The notes under the pieces: model-generated | Seen by the model: the letters and a program-made list of their open reading frames with translations, nothing else | Databases searched by the model: none | Told to the model about the DNA's origin: nothing | Part shown: positions 19,285-29,549 of the stretch, one piece after another | How positions within the stretch are numbered: position 1 is the stretch's first letter | Layout: each line of letters opens with the position of its first letter | Origin: Nitrospinaceae bacterium | GTDB taxonomy: Bacteria; Nitrospinota; Nitrospinia; Nitrospinales; Nitrospinaceae | Reading direction: 5' to 3' | Assembly (NCBI GenBank): GCA_965223665.1 | Contig: OZ245011.1 | Span: 416,001-480,000 of the forward strand | DNA length: 64,000 bases | Position numbers and translations under genes: made by a program

Positions 19285-19707
19285 ATGTCTAATAACAATT
19301 TAATTACTTCAGAAGTACCAATAACTGTAGGTGGACGCTTACGATATTGGAGAAAGTTTTCAGCGCTTCGGTTAGTCGATTTAGCGGCACTGATTAGCGT
19401 ATCCCAAGGGTCTTTATCGGATTTAGAAAACGATAAGTCTCTTCCATCAGCCACAACTTTAACAGGTTTATGTAAAAAAACCGATATGAATATTTGTTGG
19501 CTCTTGACCGGGGAGGGTGATATTACCCGTGAACCTGATCGAGGAGATGCCGAAATTTCTGCATTTCAAGATTTTATGAGATTAATGCAAGATCGAGAAT
19601 TCAGAAAAACTGCAATTAAGTTAATGAATATTTTTGAAAAAGGCTCATTAACGCAAAAAGCCCAAATAAAAGGGTTTTTGGCAGGTGTCGAAGCTGAAAG
19701 CATTTAA
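19285..19707 (+). CDS. XRE-family HTH transcriptional regulator
   Basis: VGGRLRYWR..LAALISVSQGSLSDLENDKSLPS..WLLTGEG; SD GAGGGAG. Confidence 0.9.
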   Translation: MSNNNLITSEVPITVGGRLRYWRKFSALRLVDLAALISVSQGSLSDLENDKSLPSATTLTGLCKKTDMNICWLLTGEGDITREPDRGDAEISAFQDFMRLMQDREFRKTAIKLMNIFEKGSLTQKAQIKGFLAGVEAESI

Positions 19708-19732
19708 GGTTGAAATTATGATTTCGACCTTT

Positions 19733-20491
19733 TTAAGCCCCAATGGAACTTTTATTAATCCAGCCTTTTTGACCATCGGCTAATTGAATATTAACCCATT
19801 GGGGCGTTTCATCTTTTATAAAAATAATTGCCCCTTCGTGGAGAATAAATAGAGTTGTTTGTTTTTCACCAATATCTGAATAAACATTCACCTGAGGATC
19901 CATTATTACTCCATAGTTCCATTCTGAATTATATTTCCAACGTAAAGCCGTAGAAATTATTACAAACAAGAAAATTCCCGCTATCAAATTCCGAAATATT
20001 CGAAGTGTATGGGATTTATTAACAAATCCTATTCCCCAAAAAAGCCAAAATAACAAATTCAAAATCACCAAAAGCCAAATATGTTCTCTTAAAGTAAAAT
20101 CCTGAATCCAAAATAATACTGACCAAATACTTTCGGGGGATTCCCAATCCAGCATGTCCTCTGTATTTTTAACTGCAAACTTAAGGTTAGCTTCTACATC
20201 TTCATTTCGAGGAAGAAAAAAAGAAGCTTTTAAGTAGTTTAGAATAGCTGGTCCGGTCTTACCAATTTTTATATATGCGTTTCCTAAATTATAGTAAAGA
20301 TGTCCGCTTTCCCACCCCTCAGTAACTAAATTTTTATAAACCAATACCGCTTTATTAAAATTCCCTTGCCTATATAAAGTATTAGCTTTTTGTAACTGTT
20401 CAAGATTTAATCCAAAACCATTCTGAATCCAGATCGTTTGAGAGAAAAGGATGATTAGCGTTGTATATTTCAGCCTTTTTAAAAATGGCAT
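19733..20491 (-). CDS. batE: BatE-like TPR + SH3 membrane protein
   Basis: TPR LYYNLGNAY..G.AILNY; two TMs; SH3-like LHEGA..W..IQLADGQKGWI. Confidence 0.85.
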   Translation of the reverse strand: MPFLKRLKYTTLIILFSQTIWIQNGFGLNLEQLQKANTLYRQGNFNKAVLVYKNLVTEGWESGHLYYNLGNAYIKIGKTGPAILNYLKASFFLPRNEDVEANLKFAVKNTEDMLDWESPESIWSVLFWIQDFTLREHIWLLVILNLLFWLFWGIGFVNKSHTLRIFRNLIAGIFLFVIISTALRWKYNSEWNYGVIMDPQVNVYSDIGEKQTTLFILHEGAIIFIKDETPQWVNIQLADGQKGWINKSSIGA

Positions 20492-20493
20492 AA

Positions 20494-22281
20494 TTATTTC
20501 TCCAGGCTGCTAATAACTTTTTTAGATTCTTCAAATAAATCTTGCATCTTGAGATTGGATCCATTTGCATATTGAAGTAGCTCAAGTTTATCGAGTAGCT
20601 CTCTTGTCTGGATAATCTGTTCTTGAGGATAACCTCTTTGCTGAAGTTGTTCAGTAACTTCTAAAGATGTAAATGCAGTACCAATAAGATTTAATTTGTT
20701 TCCAATATATTCCCGGACAATAAGAGAAAGTCTTTTACCCATATCTTTTAAATTTGTGCTTTGGGAAATTTTGTCTAATTGGGTTTTGGCTTGTTTGAAT
20801 GCCAATTTGTTTCTAGAAAAAGCGATGTCATGTTTTAATTGATACTGATGCTTTGAGTAAAAAACAAATCCCCAAAATAGGATAGGAGGAAGGAATATTC
20901 CTAAGCCAAAAAATATATATTCATTAGTGGAAAACCGTTGATTGGAGAATAGGGTTAAATTGGTATGAATTGGTAAAATATCTTGTCCTAAGGTATTTAC
21001 AGAAGACCGACTTTTTCCCAAATTATTTTTGGAAGATTCTACCACTTTCATTGATCCGGACTGTGATGAAGGAGTTACATTTAAAAAAATAGGCTTTGTT
21101 TGAATCGTTTGGTATTTGGCTTTTGAAACATCAAAATATGATAGAGAAATTGGTGAAATAGTTAAATCTCCAGAAACCATAGGGACCAAGGCAAATTTAT
21201 ATATTTTGGTTCCGGATATTTTTTTGTCTATTACAGTCTGCATAAATTCTGGTTGATCTTTATATATTTTAAAATCGTTTCCCAAATCAGGGATAGCTAT
21301 GTTAATAGCTTGTGCATTTCCTTTTCCTGAAGCAGTCAGTGTTAATGTAGTGGTTTCTCCTACTTCTAATTCCTTTCTACTAATATTTGCGGAAATATTA
21401 AACTGCCCAACCAGGTTAGAAAAGTTTTTGGGACGATTCTTCTTGGGTAAAGGTTTAACTTTAAGACTAATTGGATTAGTAAGGAGATTTTTATGGTCAG
21501 TCTTTACAACATTCGTAAAAAAGGGATCGGAAAAAAATGAATCTAAATTTCCAAAACCTCTTTTACGTTTATTTCTATAAACAATATCAACACCCAACGT
21601 AGCGGATGGAATTTCTATGGAACCGGATTTTAGAGGAAATAATACGGTTTGAATTTCGTAAACCTGATAACGGAGTCCATTAATTACTCTGGTGTATTTT
21701 TTTGGCTCTCCATAATCTTCTTCTCGAAATGTATCTAATTTAATATCTAAAGACAAATTTCGGATCTCGACTTTATAATACAATTTAACAGTGAAAATTA
21801 TTTGCTCATTAATAAATGGCTGATTATTTGAAATGTATGCTTCTGCAAATATATCGGATTGAGTTCCAGGTTGATAAACTTGTTTTTTAACGTTAATGGT
21901 AATCGGAGCGGTTAAGTAGGGATTGCCGTCAATTTCCATTGTTATTGGAGCAATGGTAAAAGTTCCAACAGATTTTGGTATTAATTGATAGTTAAATGTT
22001 ACCGAGGAAGCTTTTTTACCATTTACAATTTGGATGGAAGAAGAGGATCCTTGCGATTTGACTTGAAAGTTTGGAAGTGAGGGAAGAGTTGGGGGAAGAG
22101 AATCCCCCTTGCCCTGAATTGTTACAGAAAAATTTAGAGTATCTTCAAGGGTGATTTCTGTGTTATCAGTGCTTGCTGAAATTTGAATTTCTTCTGCAAG
22201 GGCACTTTCTGCAAGTAAAAAATAAAATGATAAAAGTATTAAGAAAAAAAAATTAGAAAAATATGAAATTTTATTATTCAT
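20494..22281 (-). CDS. batD: BatD-family protein
   Basis: Signal peptide, tandem Ig-like BatD domains (SSSIQIVNG, VGQFNISA), C-terminal TM; position in the Bat cluster. Confidence 0.88.
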   Translation of the reverse strand: MNNKISYFSNFFFLILLSFYFLLAESALAEEIQISASTDNTEITLEDTLNFSVTIQGKGDSLPPTLPSLPNFQVKSQGSSSSIQIVNGKKASSVTFNYQLIPKSVGTFTIAPITMEIDGNPYLTAPITINVKKQVYQPGTQSDIFAEAYISNNQPFINEQIIFTVKLYYKVEIRNLSLDIKLDTFREEDYGEPKKYTRVINGLRYQVYEIQTVLFPLKSGSIEIPSATLGVDIVYRNKRKRGFGNLDSFFSDPFFTNVVKTDHKNLLTNPISLKVKPLPKKNRPKNFSNLVGQFNISANISRKELEVGETTTLTLTASGKGNAQAINIAIPDLGNDFKIYKDQPEFMQTVIDKKISGTKIYKFALVPMVSGDLTISPISLSYFDVSKAKYQTIQTKPIFLNVTPSSQSGSMKVVESSKNNLGKSRSSVNTLGQDILPIHTNLTLFSNQRFSTNEYIFFGLGIFLPPILFWGFVFYSKHQYQLKHDIAFSRNKLAFKQAKTQLDKISQSTNLKDMGKRLSLIVREYIGNKLNLIGTAFTSLEVTEQLQQRGYPQEQIIQTRELLDKLELLQYANGSNLKMQDLFEESKKVISSLEK

Positions 22282-22293
22282 TAATAATTTAAT

Positions 22294-23163
22294 TTACCAA
22301 TCCTTGCCATTATTAACAAAAACATCTTTCATTTCACCTTGCATTTGCCGTCGGTTGAATTTTTTAATATCTTCGTTTAAAGAATCCAGCCATTGCTCCG
22401 CTTCTTCTTTTGACATCGAAGTGATTTGCTCAATAGCCTCTTCTGTGGTTTGTTGGTCTAATTGATTAGATTGGCTTGAAGAGTTTTTATTTTCTGCTTT
22501 TTTAGGAGATTTAGGAACTTCCCCATCCAAATGGTTTTTATCAGAGTTTTGCTGAGCTTGATTTTCTTCATCAGATTCATCTGAACTTGGGGCATTAGAA
22601 TCGCTTTGATTTTCGTTATTAGCCTTAGAGTCAGCAGGATTATTGGCATTTTCGGTAGGGTTTTGTTTTTGAGATTTATCTCTCGGTCCTATATTCCCTG
22701 TTCTTTGAGCTTTTTCCAATTGCTTTCTTGCAAACTCCAAATTGAACTTACTATCTTTATCGTTCGAGTCCAACTCTAAAGCTTTTTTATAGGATTGGAT
22801 AGCTTTGTCCAGATACCCCAACCTGTAATAAGCGTTTCCCTGGTTGTAATAAGATTTTTGTTTTAATTTAGGATCATTGGAGTTTTTCAAAGCCTTATCA
22901 TATTCTTCCACGGATTGTTCGTAGCGACCAACACGAAAATTACTGTTTGCTAAATTATAAGCTAAATTCGGGTTCTCCGGATCTTCTGCTTGAGCTTCAA
23001 TGAATTTGTCGGTTGCTTCTTTATATTTTTCTTGATTATAAAATGTAATGCCCTCGTTGAGAGCCGAAGAGGATGAGTTCGCAGAGGTTTGATTCAGGAA
23101 AAATGTAAAAGAAGTAATGAAAACTATAAAAACCGTGGTAACTACGCGTGAAAACATAACCAT
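22294..23163 (-). CDS. batC: BatC-like TPR protein
   Basis: Three TPRs, a Q/N/S/E-rich linker, MSKEEAEQWL, and C-terminal KDW. Confidence 0.85.
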   Translation of the reverse strand: MVMFSRVVTTVFIVFITSFTFFLNQTSANSSSSALNEGITFYNQEKYKEATDKFIEAQAEDPENPNLAYNLANSNFRVGRYEQSVEEYDKALKNSNDPKLKQKSYYNQGNAYYRLGYLDKAIQSYKKALELDSNDKDSKFNLEFARKQLEKAQRTGNIGPRDKSQKQNPTENANNPADSKANNENQSDSNAPSSDESDEENQAQQNSDKNHLDGEVPKSPKKAENKNSSSQSNQLDQQTTEEAIEQITSMSKEEAEQWLDSLNEDIKKFNRRQMQGEMKDVFVNNGKDW

Positions 23164-23185
23164 TACTATTTAAATTACTCATCTC

Positions 23186-23220
23186 AAAAACTAATAGTTG
23201 ACCCAATGGCCAACTATTAG
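23186..23220 (-). terminator. Rho-independent terminator downstream of yccA
   Basis: Minus strand CTAATAGTTGGCC-ATTG-GGTCAACTATTAG-TTTTT. Confidence 0.75.
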
Positions 23221-23246
23221 CGGTAACCAATAAGATTTAATTTATC

Positions 23247-23951
23247 CTATCTTCGATCACCCATGATTCTGAGAAGCATTAGAAACAAGTTTATGAAATC
23301 CAAATAAAGGGTCAAAGCCCCGCTAATTGCTTCTTTTGTATCTTCATCGGTGCCTTCGTTACCTAGAATATTCATTTCTTTTATTTTTTGGGTGTCGTAA
23401 GCGGTAAGCCCTACAAAGATCAAAACTCCGGCATAAGTTACTACCCAATATACGGTTTCATTATTTAGAAACATGTTTACGATGGAAGCAATGATGATTC
23501 CAATAAGCCCCATAAATAAAAAACTTCCCCAAGAGGTAAGGTCTTTCTTTGTGGTGTAACCGTAAAAACTCATTGCGGCAAAAGTGCCTGCAGTGACAAG
23601 AAAAGTAGAAGTAATAGAAGATGCTGTATAAACAATAAAGATGGATGAGAAGGTTAATCCAGTAAGGCCTGCATATAATAGGAAAACACCTGTTGCTTGA
23701 CTGGCAGACATTTTTTTTACGGCCATTGCTAAATATACAACAAGACCTAATTGTGCAATTACTAGGACAATGGGTACAATTGGATTGCCAAAAATTAACT
23801 TTAATAGAGTTGGACTATTTGCGACCATATAAGCAGTTCCCCCGGTCATGCCCAAACCTACAGTCATCCAGTTATAGACGCGCACCATAAAACGTTGTTG
23901 TTCTTCTGCGGCTGCTTGGGGACTTGCATACACTTGTTGTCGGTATTCCAT
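23247..23951 (-). CDS. Bax inhibitor-1/YccA-family membrane protein
   Basis: FMVRVYNWM, YGYTTKKDLT, LTAYDTQKIK, GALTLYLDFINLFL; 7 TMs; SD AAGGAG. Confidence 0.93.
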   Translation of the reverse strand: MEYRQQVYASPQAAAEEQQRFMVRVYNWMTVGLGMTGGTAYMVANSPTLLKLIFGNPIVPIVLVIAQLGLVVYLAMAVKKMSASQATGVFLLYAGLTGLTFSSIFIVYTASSITSTFLVTAGTFAAMSFYGYTTKKDLTSWGSFLFMGLIGIIIASIVNMFLNNETVYWVVTYAGVLIFVGLTAYDTQKIKEMNILGNEGTDEDTKEAISGALTLYLDFINLFLMLLRIMGDRR

Positions 23952-24011
23952 TATTTAAAACTCCTTGATCATTATTTAAGTAGAGGTTTACAAATTCAAC
24001 GGGTCACTAGT

Positions 24012-24042
24012 AGCATATAAAATTTACCCTATGCTTTGTCAA
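24012..24042 (-). promoter_or_regulatory. Putative sigma70 promoter for the yccA-like gene
   Basis: Minus strand TTGACA (24042-24037); -10 is either TATATG (17-nt spacer) or TATGCT (19-nt spacer). Confidence 0.45.
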
Positions 24043-24102
24043 GCCCTATGAGGGTAAAAGCCCATTATACAGGAATTTCGTAAGGCTTTGTAAAACAATA
24101 TC

Positions 24103-25101
24103 TTATTTTGTTGTTCGCTCCCGCAAAGCTTGTTCACTCATTAATAGAACAAGGGCAAAACCCAATATCCATTGAAACCGATGGGTCCAACGTTTTCTAT
24201 GAGAGGATTTTAAGGCTTTTTTTTCAATTTTTTGTTTAATGTCTTCTAAATATATTTTTTCCAAATCCATGTTTCCCATCACTGATCGGACATAAGTTCC
24301 ACCCGTTTTTAATGCAATTTGTTGTAAGGTGGATTCGTCAATTTTTGACAGAATTACTTCCCCCTTGGAATCTTTAATGAATCCACCTCCTGAATCCAAA
24401 TCTGGAATGGGTGCGCCTGTAGGTTGCCCGATGCCAATAACAAATACGCGCACCTTTTCATTTTTGGCCAATTCGGCAGATTTTATAGCTGCTCCTTCAT
24501 GATCTTCTCCATCGGTGATAAGAATTATGGATCGGGATTTTTTCTCGATTTGGCTAAACCCTTTGATTGCAGTTTGAATTGCGTGACCAATTGCGGTCCC
24601 TTGAAGGGGAATTATATCTGTGTCTAATGAATTTAAAAATATTTCTGCTGCCTGGTAGTCTAATGTAAGAGGGCATTGTAAGAAACTTGTTCCTGCAAAA
24701 GCGACAATTCCAACTCGATCTCCATCCAGCATCCTTAATAGATCAATAACTTTATATTTAGCTCGTTCTAAACGATTGGGCTTTATATCACTGGCAAGCA
24801 TGCTTTTTGAAACATCTAAAACAATCATGATGTCTACCCCTTCTTGAGTTAAGTCCTCCCACTTAAATCCAAGTTGAGGTTGTGAAAGTGCAAAAATCAA
24901 TAAGGCAAAGGCAATAACCCAAAGAGATCCCTTGCTATGCCTTTTTTTCCAAAGTAAAGGATTTGTCAATCTAGAAATTAGTGGAGATTGAATAAATTTT
25001 TGAGCCAATCGTTTTCTTTTTTTTTCAGCCCAAATTAAAAAAAAGATAATAGGGATCAAAAGAAATAAAAAAATTAGATATTGGGGATTTCCAAATTGCA
25101 T
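24103..25101 (-). CDS. batB: BatB VWA-domain protein
   Basis: MIDAS LDVSKSM; DIKPNRLERAK; CPLTLDY; ITDGEDHE. Confidence 0.9.
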   Translation of the reverse strand: MQFGNPQYLIFLFLLIPIIFFLIWAEKKRKRLAQKFIQSPLISRLTNPLLWKKRHSKGSLWVIAFALLIFALSQPQLGFKWEDLTQEGVDIMIVLDVSKSMLASDIKPNRLERAKYKVIDLLRMLDGDRVGIVAFAGTSFLQCPLTLDYQAAEIFLNSLDTDIIPLQGTAIGHAIQTAIKGFSQIEKKSRSIILITDGEDHEGAAIKSAELAKNEKVRVFVIGIGQPTGAPIPDLDSGGGFIKDSKGEVILSKIDESTLQQIALKTGGTYVRSVMGNMDLEKIYLEDIKQKIEKKALKSSHRKRWTHRFQWILGFALVLLMSEQALRERTTK

Positions 25102-25102
25102 A

Positions 25103-26101
25103 TTAGGGAATCCTCCGCATTTGGGTTTGGCTTAGTAAGGCTTCTAAAAGCAAAAGAAATATTCCGGGAATTAAAAACAATGGAAACAATTCATTGAATT
25201 CACTATGGTCAATCCATTTTACTTCTGATTTTTCCAAACTATCAATTTGCTCATAAATCTTTTTTAAAGAGTCTGAATCTGTGGCTCTGAAATATTTCCC
25301 ACCAGTTAAATTGGATATTTTTTTCAAGGTTACTTCGTCTAACGCAACTTCTTGATAGACAACCTGTGTGCCAAAAGGAGTGTCTACCATAAAAGGTGCT
25401 TTACCTTGGGTTCCTACACCTACTGTATATATTTTAATCCCTAGCGCATTTGCTATTTTTGCGGCTTGGAAGGGTAGAATTTTCCCTGCATTATTTTGTC
25501 CGTCTGTTAAAAGTATGATTAACTTGGATTTTGATTTTAAATCCTTCAATCGTTTGGTAGAAATTCCAATGGCAGAACCAATAGCAGTGGAATCGCCTGC
25601 TATCCCAATTTTTAGTTTATCCAGGAAAGAGAAAAGGATGTCATGGTCTAAAGTGAGAGGACATTGAGTGAATGCCTCATTTCCAAAAACAACCATTCCC
25701 ACTCGGTCGAATTCACGTCCTTCAATAAAGTCGTTTACTACCTGTTTCACTATAGTAAGTCGATCCACCTGTTTATCATTTTTAATAAAGTCCATGGCTC
25801 GCATACTACCCGATGTGTCGATGGCAAGCATAATATCCACACCCGCAGAGAGGATTTCTGTGCTTTTTCTACCTTCCTGGGGTCGAGCTATTGAAATGAT
25901 AATGAGAATTACTGCGATGCATCGCAAAATAAAGGGGATATGACTTATATAGAAAAGTTTTTTAGGATTTAGTTTTTTTAATCCAGCCAATCCTGAAAAA
26001 TTAAAGGTAGCAGGTTTAGTTTTCCAGTTGTTAATTATCATCCATGGAATAATAACAAGTAATGAAAAAAACAATGGATCTTCAAATCGAAAATAACTCA
26101 T
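25103..26101 (-). CDS. batA: BatA VWA-domain protein
   Basis: MIDAS IDTSGSMRAMDF; CPLTLDH; TAIGSAIG; LLTDGQNNAG; GGKYFRATD. Confidence 0.92.
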   Translation of the reverse strand: MSYFRFEDPLFFSLLVIIPWMIINNWKTKPATFNFSGLAGLKKLNPKKLFYISHIPFILRCIAVILIIISIARPQEGRKSTEILSAGVDIMLAIDTSGSMRAMDFIKNDKQVDRLTIVKQVVNDFIEGREFDRVGMVVFGNEAFTQCPLTLDHDILFSFLDKLKIGIAGDSTAIGSAIGISTKRLKDLKSKSKLIILLTDGQNNAGKILPFQAAKIANALGIKIYTVGVGTQGKAPFMVDTPFGTQVVYQEVALDEVTLKKISNLTGGKYFRATDSDSLKKIYEQIDSLEKSEVKWIDHSEFNELFPLFLIPGIFLLLLEALLSQTQMRRIP

Positions 26102-26105
26102 TCAA

Positions 26106-27107
26106 TTATTTGTTCGTTAAAGCAGTTTCTTGTTTATGTTGATTCTGGTGAGTGGTCATTAAAACAAAGTCATTTATAGACTCTATATCATCCAAAGATG
26201 TTTGGGTGTTTATGGGTGCTTTAGCAAACTTTACCTGGTCCGTTTTTTGTAAAAGTTGAATTGCATTTTCCTGAATTTCAAAAGGAATATTTTTTTTCTC
26301 GAAATAGAACTTAATTTCTTCAGTCGTCCAATCTAGTGCCGGTATGTTAAATATTGCTCCCAAATAACGTCTAAATATTTCAGATAGTTCAAAGTAGTGA
26401 TCCTGAAAAAAACCCTGTTGAATTAAATTTTTTTGTAATAAACCCTGGAGTTCAATTTTAATTAATTCTTGGGCTGATGGGGTTTGATTATCCAAGGGAG
26501 CATTGTTTTCGTGCTTCGGTTGACTGGCCCATTTAAAAAACACAATTAGAATGGCCAGTCCAGCAAGTATAGACCCTATAACTAATAACCATTTTTCCCA
26601 AGCCGGTCTTGCCCCAATAATAGGTTTAATGTCCTTTATGTCTGTTGGTTCACCGTCTTCATAAAGAACTGATCTAACCACAATAGAATTTTTTGGGGCA
26701 AAAATTTGCCCTGGGATTAGAGTGTTAGGATTTTTAGGATTAGGGATCGTGAAATTGACCTGGATTTTTGGAAATGTGAAATTTCCCACTTTATCTGCAC
26801 GTAACTGGAACCAAAAGTTTTCTATTATTTGTCCTTCTTTTTTTTGAGAGGGAAGGCTTCCTTGATCTACAAATTCAAAGTCAGAAAAAACCATAGAAGG
26901 ATTGGGAGGAGCAATTTTAATTTCCGGATCATGTTGAATCGATATTGAGTATGTAAATTTATCTCCTACAGTCACTTCTTTTTTATCTATGTTTGAGGTT
27001 GTTGATATAGGCGATTTCGAATTTTTTGCATCCCCAAATACTGGGGATTTTTGTTGGATAATTAAACTGAAGCTGGTTAGAAATAAAATAATTAATATTT
27101 TTTTCAT
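26106..27107 (-). CDS. Bat-cluster membrane protein (Ig-like N-terminal domain, TM, helical C-terminus)
   Basis: Signal peptide from MKKILII; DIKDIKP before the TM; ELSEIFRRYL..TTEE..DQVKFAK, typical of the gene between DUF58 and batA. Confidence 0.75.
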   Translation of the reverse strand: MKKILIILFLTSFSLIIQQKSPVFGDAKNSKSPISTTSNIDKKEVTVGDKFTYSISIQHDPEIKIAPPNPSMVFSDFEFVDQGSLPSQKKEGQIIENFWFQLRADKVGNFTFPKIQVNFTIPNPKNPNTLIPGQIFAPKNSIVVRSVLYEDGEPTDIKDIKPIIGARPAWEKWLLVIGSILAGLAILIVFFKWASQPKHENNAPLDNQTPSAQELIKIELQGLLQKNLIQQGFFQDHYFELSEIFRRYLGAIFNIPALDWTTEEIKFYFEKKNIPFEIQENAIQLLQKTDQVKFAKAPINTQTSLDDIESINDFVLMTTHQNQHKQETALTNK

Positions 27108-27112
27108 TATTT

Positions 27113-27583
27113 TTATTTTAAATACTGATTGATTTGGCTCTGACATTTTTGAATATTGTTTTGGACTTCAGAATTCCAATCGGCTTCTTGATAATATGCT
27201 TCTGAATAAAAAAACCAAACAAGCGCTTCAGAACAATCCTTTTTCTTAACAAAAAGATTTCCAAGAGAATAGGAAATTTTTGATTTAGTTTTTGGGCTAA
27301 CCTCCGGTTGAATAAATATTTTTTTGTATTCTTGAATTGCTTTATCTATCAATCCCACTTCCTCAAGTTTTTTGGCGACTTGGATTGTTGGTGAACTGGT
27401 TGAAATATTTTCTGGAGAGGGGAAAGCAAATCGTTTTATGAGTAATGCCGTAAAAGTTCCAAAAGCAATAATCGTGACTAGGGTCAGAAAAATAACAAAA
27501 TATTTTACCCCTGAGCTTACCCCTGCTGAGGGTAAAAGTGTGGATTCACTTGGTTCATACCTTCCTGTATTTTTTTCATTCAT
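27113..27583 (-). CDS. Membrane-anchored TPR-like hypothetical protein
   Basis: Single TM followed by TPR-like helices (AIQEYKK, YSLGNLF). Confidence 0.65.
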   Translation of the reverse strand: MNEKNTGRYEPSESTLLPSAGVSSGVKYFVIFLTLVTIIAFGTFTALLIKRFAFPSPENISTSSPTIQVAKKLEEVGLIDKAIQEYKKIFIQPEVSPKTKSKISYSLGNLFVKKKDCSEALVWFFYSEAYYQEADWNSEVQNNIQKCQSQINQYLK

Positions 27584-27600
27584 TCTTCTTTACTTTTTAT

Positions 27601-28554
27601 TTAATGTTTTTTCTCTCGGAACTTGAAATATTGAATAATCGGCTTAATTAGAGGTTTATCTGTTTGGATTTCAATTAAGTCAATCCCAAAGGAATGGAAC
27701 CTGCTTTTCAAATGGTTCCTCTCTTTTTCAGCCCATTGCGAATAACTTTTAACAAAATCTTTATCACCCGTATCAATTACTAGAGTTTCTCCCGTTTCTG
27801 AATCCTCCAAATGGACCCACCCGACATTTGGTAAAATAGATTCTCTGGGGTCTTTAATGGAAATGGCAATTAGATCATGTTTTTGTCTAGCTAGCTTTAG
27901 GTTCTGGTCGTATCCTTCTGCTTGAAAATCTGAAATTAAAAAAGCCACTGATTTTCTTTTTTGTACCTTCAGTAAAAATTCCAATGGAAGGTTTATGTCA
28001 GTTTTTTTACCTTCCGGAGTAAAGTTCAGGATGGTCTTTATAACATTCCAAATATGGGCGCGGCCCTTTTGAGGGAGAATATAATGTTCGATTTGATCTG
28101 AAAAAATGATGAGTCCTACCTTGTCGTTATTTTTTATTGCTGCAAAAGCAAGGATAGAAGCAATTTCCACTGAAACTTCATTTTTTAATTTTTCTGCGGA
28201 TCCAAAATGACCTGAAGAACTTACATCAACTAGAAGCATTACGGTTAATTCACGTTCTTCACGAAATTCCTTAATATAAGGGTGTCCCATTCTTGCCGTA
28301 ACATTCCAGTCAATAAGACGAATGTCGTCACCTGGTTGATATTCCCGGACTTCACGAAATTCCATCCCTGAACCTTTAAATGCCGAAACATATTCACCTG
28401 CCATCATATGATTTACCAAATGATTAGTTTTTATCTGGATATCTCTAATTTTTTTTATCATTTCAGGTGAAATTGATTTTTCAAAAATATCTTGAGGTGG
28501 CAGGGGGGTAGCACCGAAGGGTGAAGTGATTTTTTCTAAAAGACGGGTAAACAT
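27601..28554 (-). CDS. DUF58-domain protein
   Basis: GMEFREVREYQPGDDIRLIDWNVTAR; LLVDVSSS; ISDF. Confidence 0.93.
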   Translation of the reverse strand: MFTRLLEKITSPFGATPLPPQDIFEKSISPEMIKKIRDIQIKTNHLVNHMMAGEYVSAFKGSGMEFREVREYQPGDDIRLIDWNVTARMGHPYIKEFREERELTVMLLVDVSSSGHFGSAEKLKNEVSVEIASILAFAAIKNNDKVGLIIFSDQIEHYILPQKGRAHIWNVIKTILNFTPEGKKTDINLPLEFLLKVQKRKSVAFLISDFQAEGYDQNLKLARQKHDLIAISIKDPRESILPNVGWVHLEDSETGETLVIDTGDKDFVKSYSQWAEKERNHLKSRFHSFGIDLIEIQTDKPLIKPIIQYFKFREKKH

Positions 28555-28559
28555 ATTTT

Positions 28560-29549
28560 TTATGGAACCTCAACGGTGTCAAAAATTTTCTTTAAAACAT
28601 CATCCGTTTCGATATTTTCCGCCTCCGCTTCATAGCTCAAAATAATTCTATGACGAAGAATATCCAGGCCTATTGTTTTAATATCATGAGGGACTACGTA
28701 ACCTCTTCCTTGCATAAAGGCAAATGCTTTAGAAACCCGGTTCAAGAAGATCGAAGCCCTTGGAGAAGCTCCAAATTGAATCATATTCTCCAGAGACTTT
28801 AAGTTATACTCTTGAGGTTCTCGTGTGGCTGAAACCAAGTTTACTATGTAGTCCTGGAGGTTTTCATCAATGTAAATAGTGTCAAATACGTTTCTTGCTT
28901 CTAAAATATCTTTTGGATGGACCACCGCTTTAATTCCATGATTGTTTTTAGTGGTAGACATTTTTTGTAAAATTGTTTTTTCCTCATCTTTAGTGGGATA
29001 TTTTATTTTTAATTTAAAAGCAAAACGGTCAACTTGTGCTTCAGGTAAAGGATAGGTTCCTTCCTGTTCAATAGGATTTTGTGTAGCCATTACCATAAAC
29101 GGCTCTTCCAAACTAAAAGTTTCCCCACCTATTGTAATTTGACGTTCTTCCATTGCTTCTAATAGCGCGCTTTGGACTTTCGCAGGAGCACGATTAATTT
29201 CGTCAGCTAGAATAATATTGGCAAATAGAGGACCTTTCTTAATGATAAATTCTTCTGTCCTGGGTTGATAAACCTGGGTTCCAATTAAATCGGCAGGTAA
29301 TAAGTCTGGTGTGAATTGAATCCTCTTAAAACTGGCTTCGATGGTTTGGGCCAAAGTTTTTACTGCAGTAGTTTTAGCTAAACCAGGAACACCCTCAACC
29401 AGAATATGTTCTCCAGTGAGAAGCCCTAAAATTAAACGCTCGACCAAATATTTTTGGCCAACCATTATTTGTTCCATTTCTTTTGTGATTTCACTAACAA
29501 ATCCACTAGATTGCTTTACTTTTTGAGTAATTTCTTCAATAGGAGTCAT
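28560..29549 (-). CDS. moxR: MoxR-family AAA+ ATPase
   Basis: EGVPGLAKT, RIQFTPDLLPAD, LADEINRAPAKVQSALLE, NPIEQEGTYPLPEAQVDRF. Confidence 0.96.
   Translation of the reverse strand: MTPIEEITQKVKQSSGFVSEITKEMEQIMVGQKYLVERLILGLLTGEHILVEGVPGLAKTTAVKTLAQTIEASFKRIQFTPDLLPADLIGTQVYQPRTEEFIIKKGPLFANIILADEINRAPAKVQSALLEAMEERQITIGGETFSLEEPFMVMATQNPIEQEGTYPLPEAQVDRFAFKLKIKYPTKDEEKTILQKMSTTKNNHGIKAVVHPKDILEARNVFDTIYIDENLQDYIVNLVSATREPQEYNLKSLENMIQFGASPRASIFLNRVSKAFAFMQGRGYVVPHDIKTIGLDILRHRIILSYEAEAENIETDDVLKKIFDTVEVP

Noticed and set aside
19285-19707. XRE gene as a prophage repressor
   Set aside because: No integrase, phage structural genes, att repeats or peptidase S24 domain seen.
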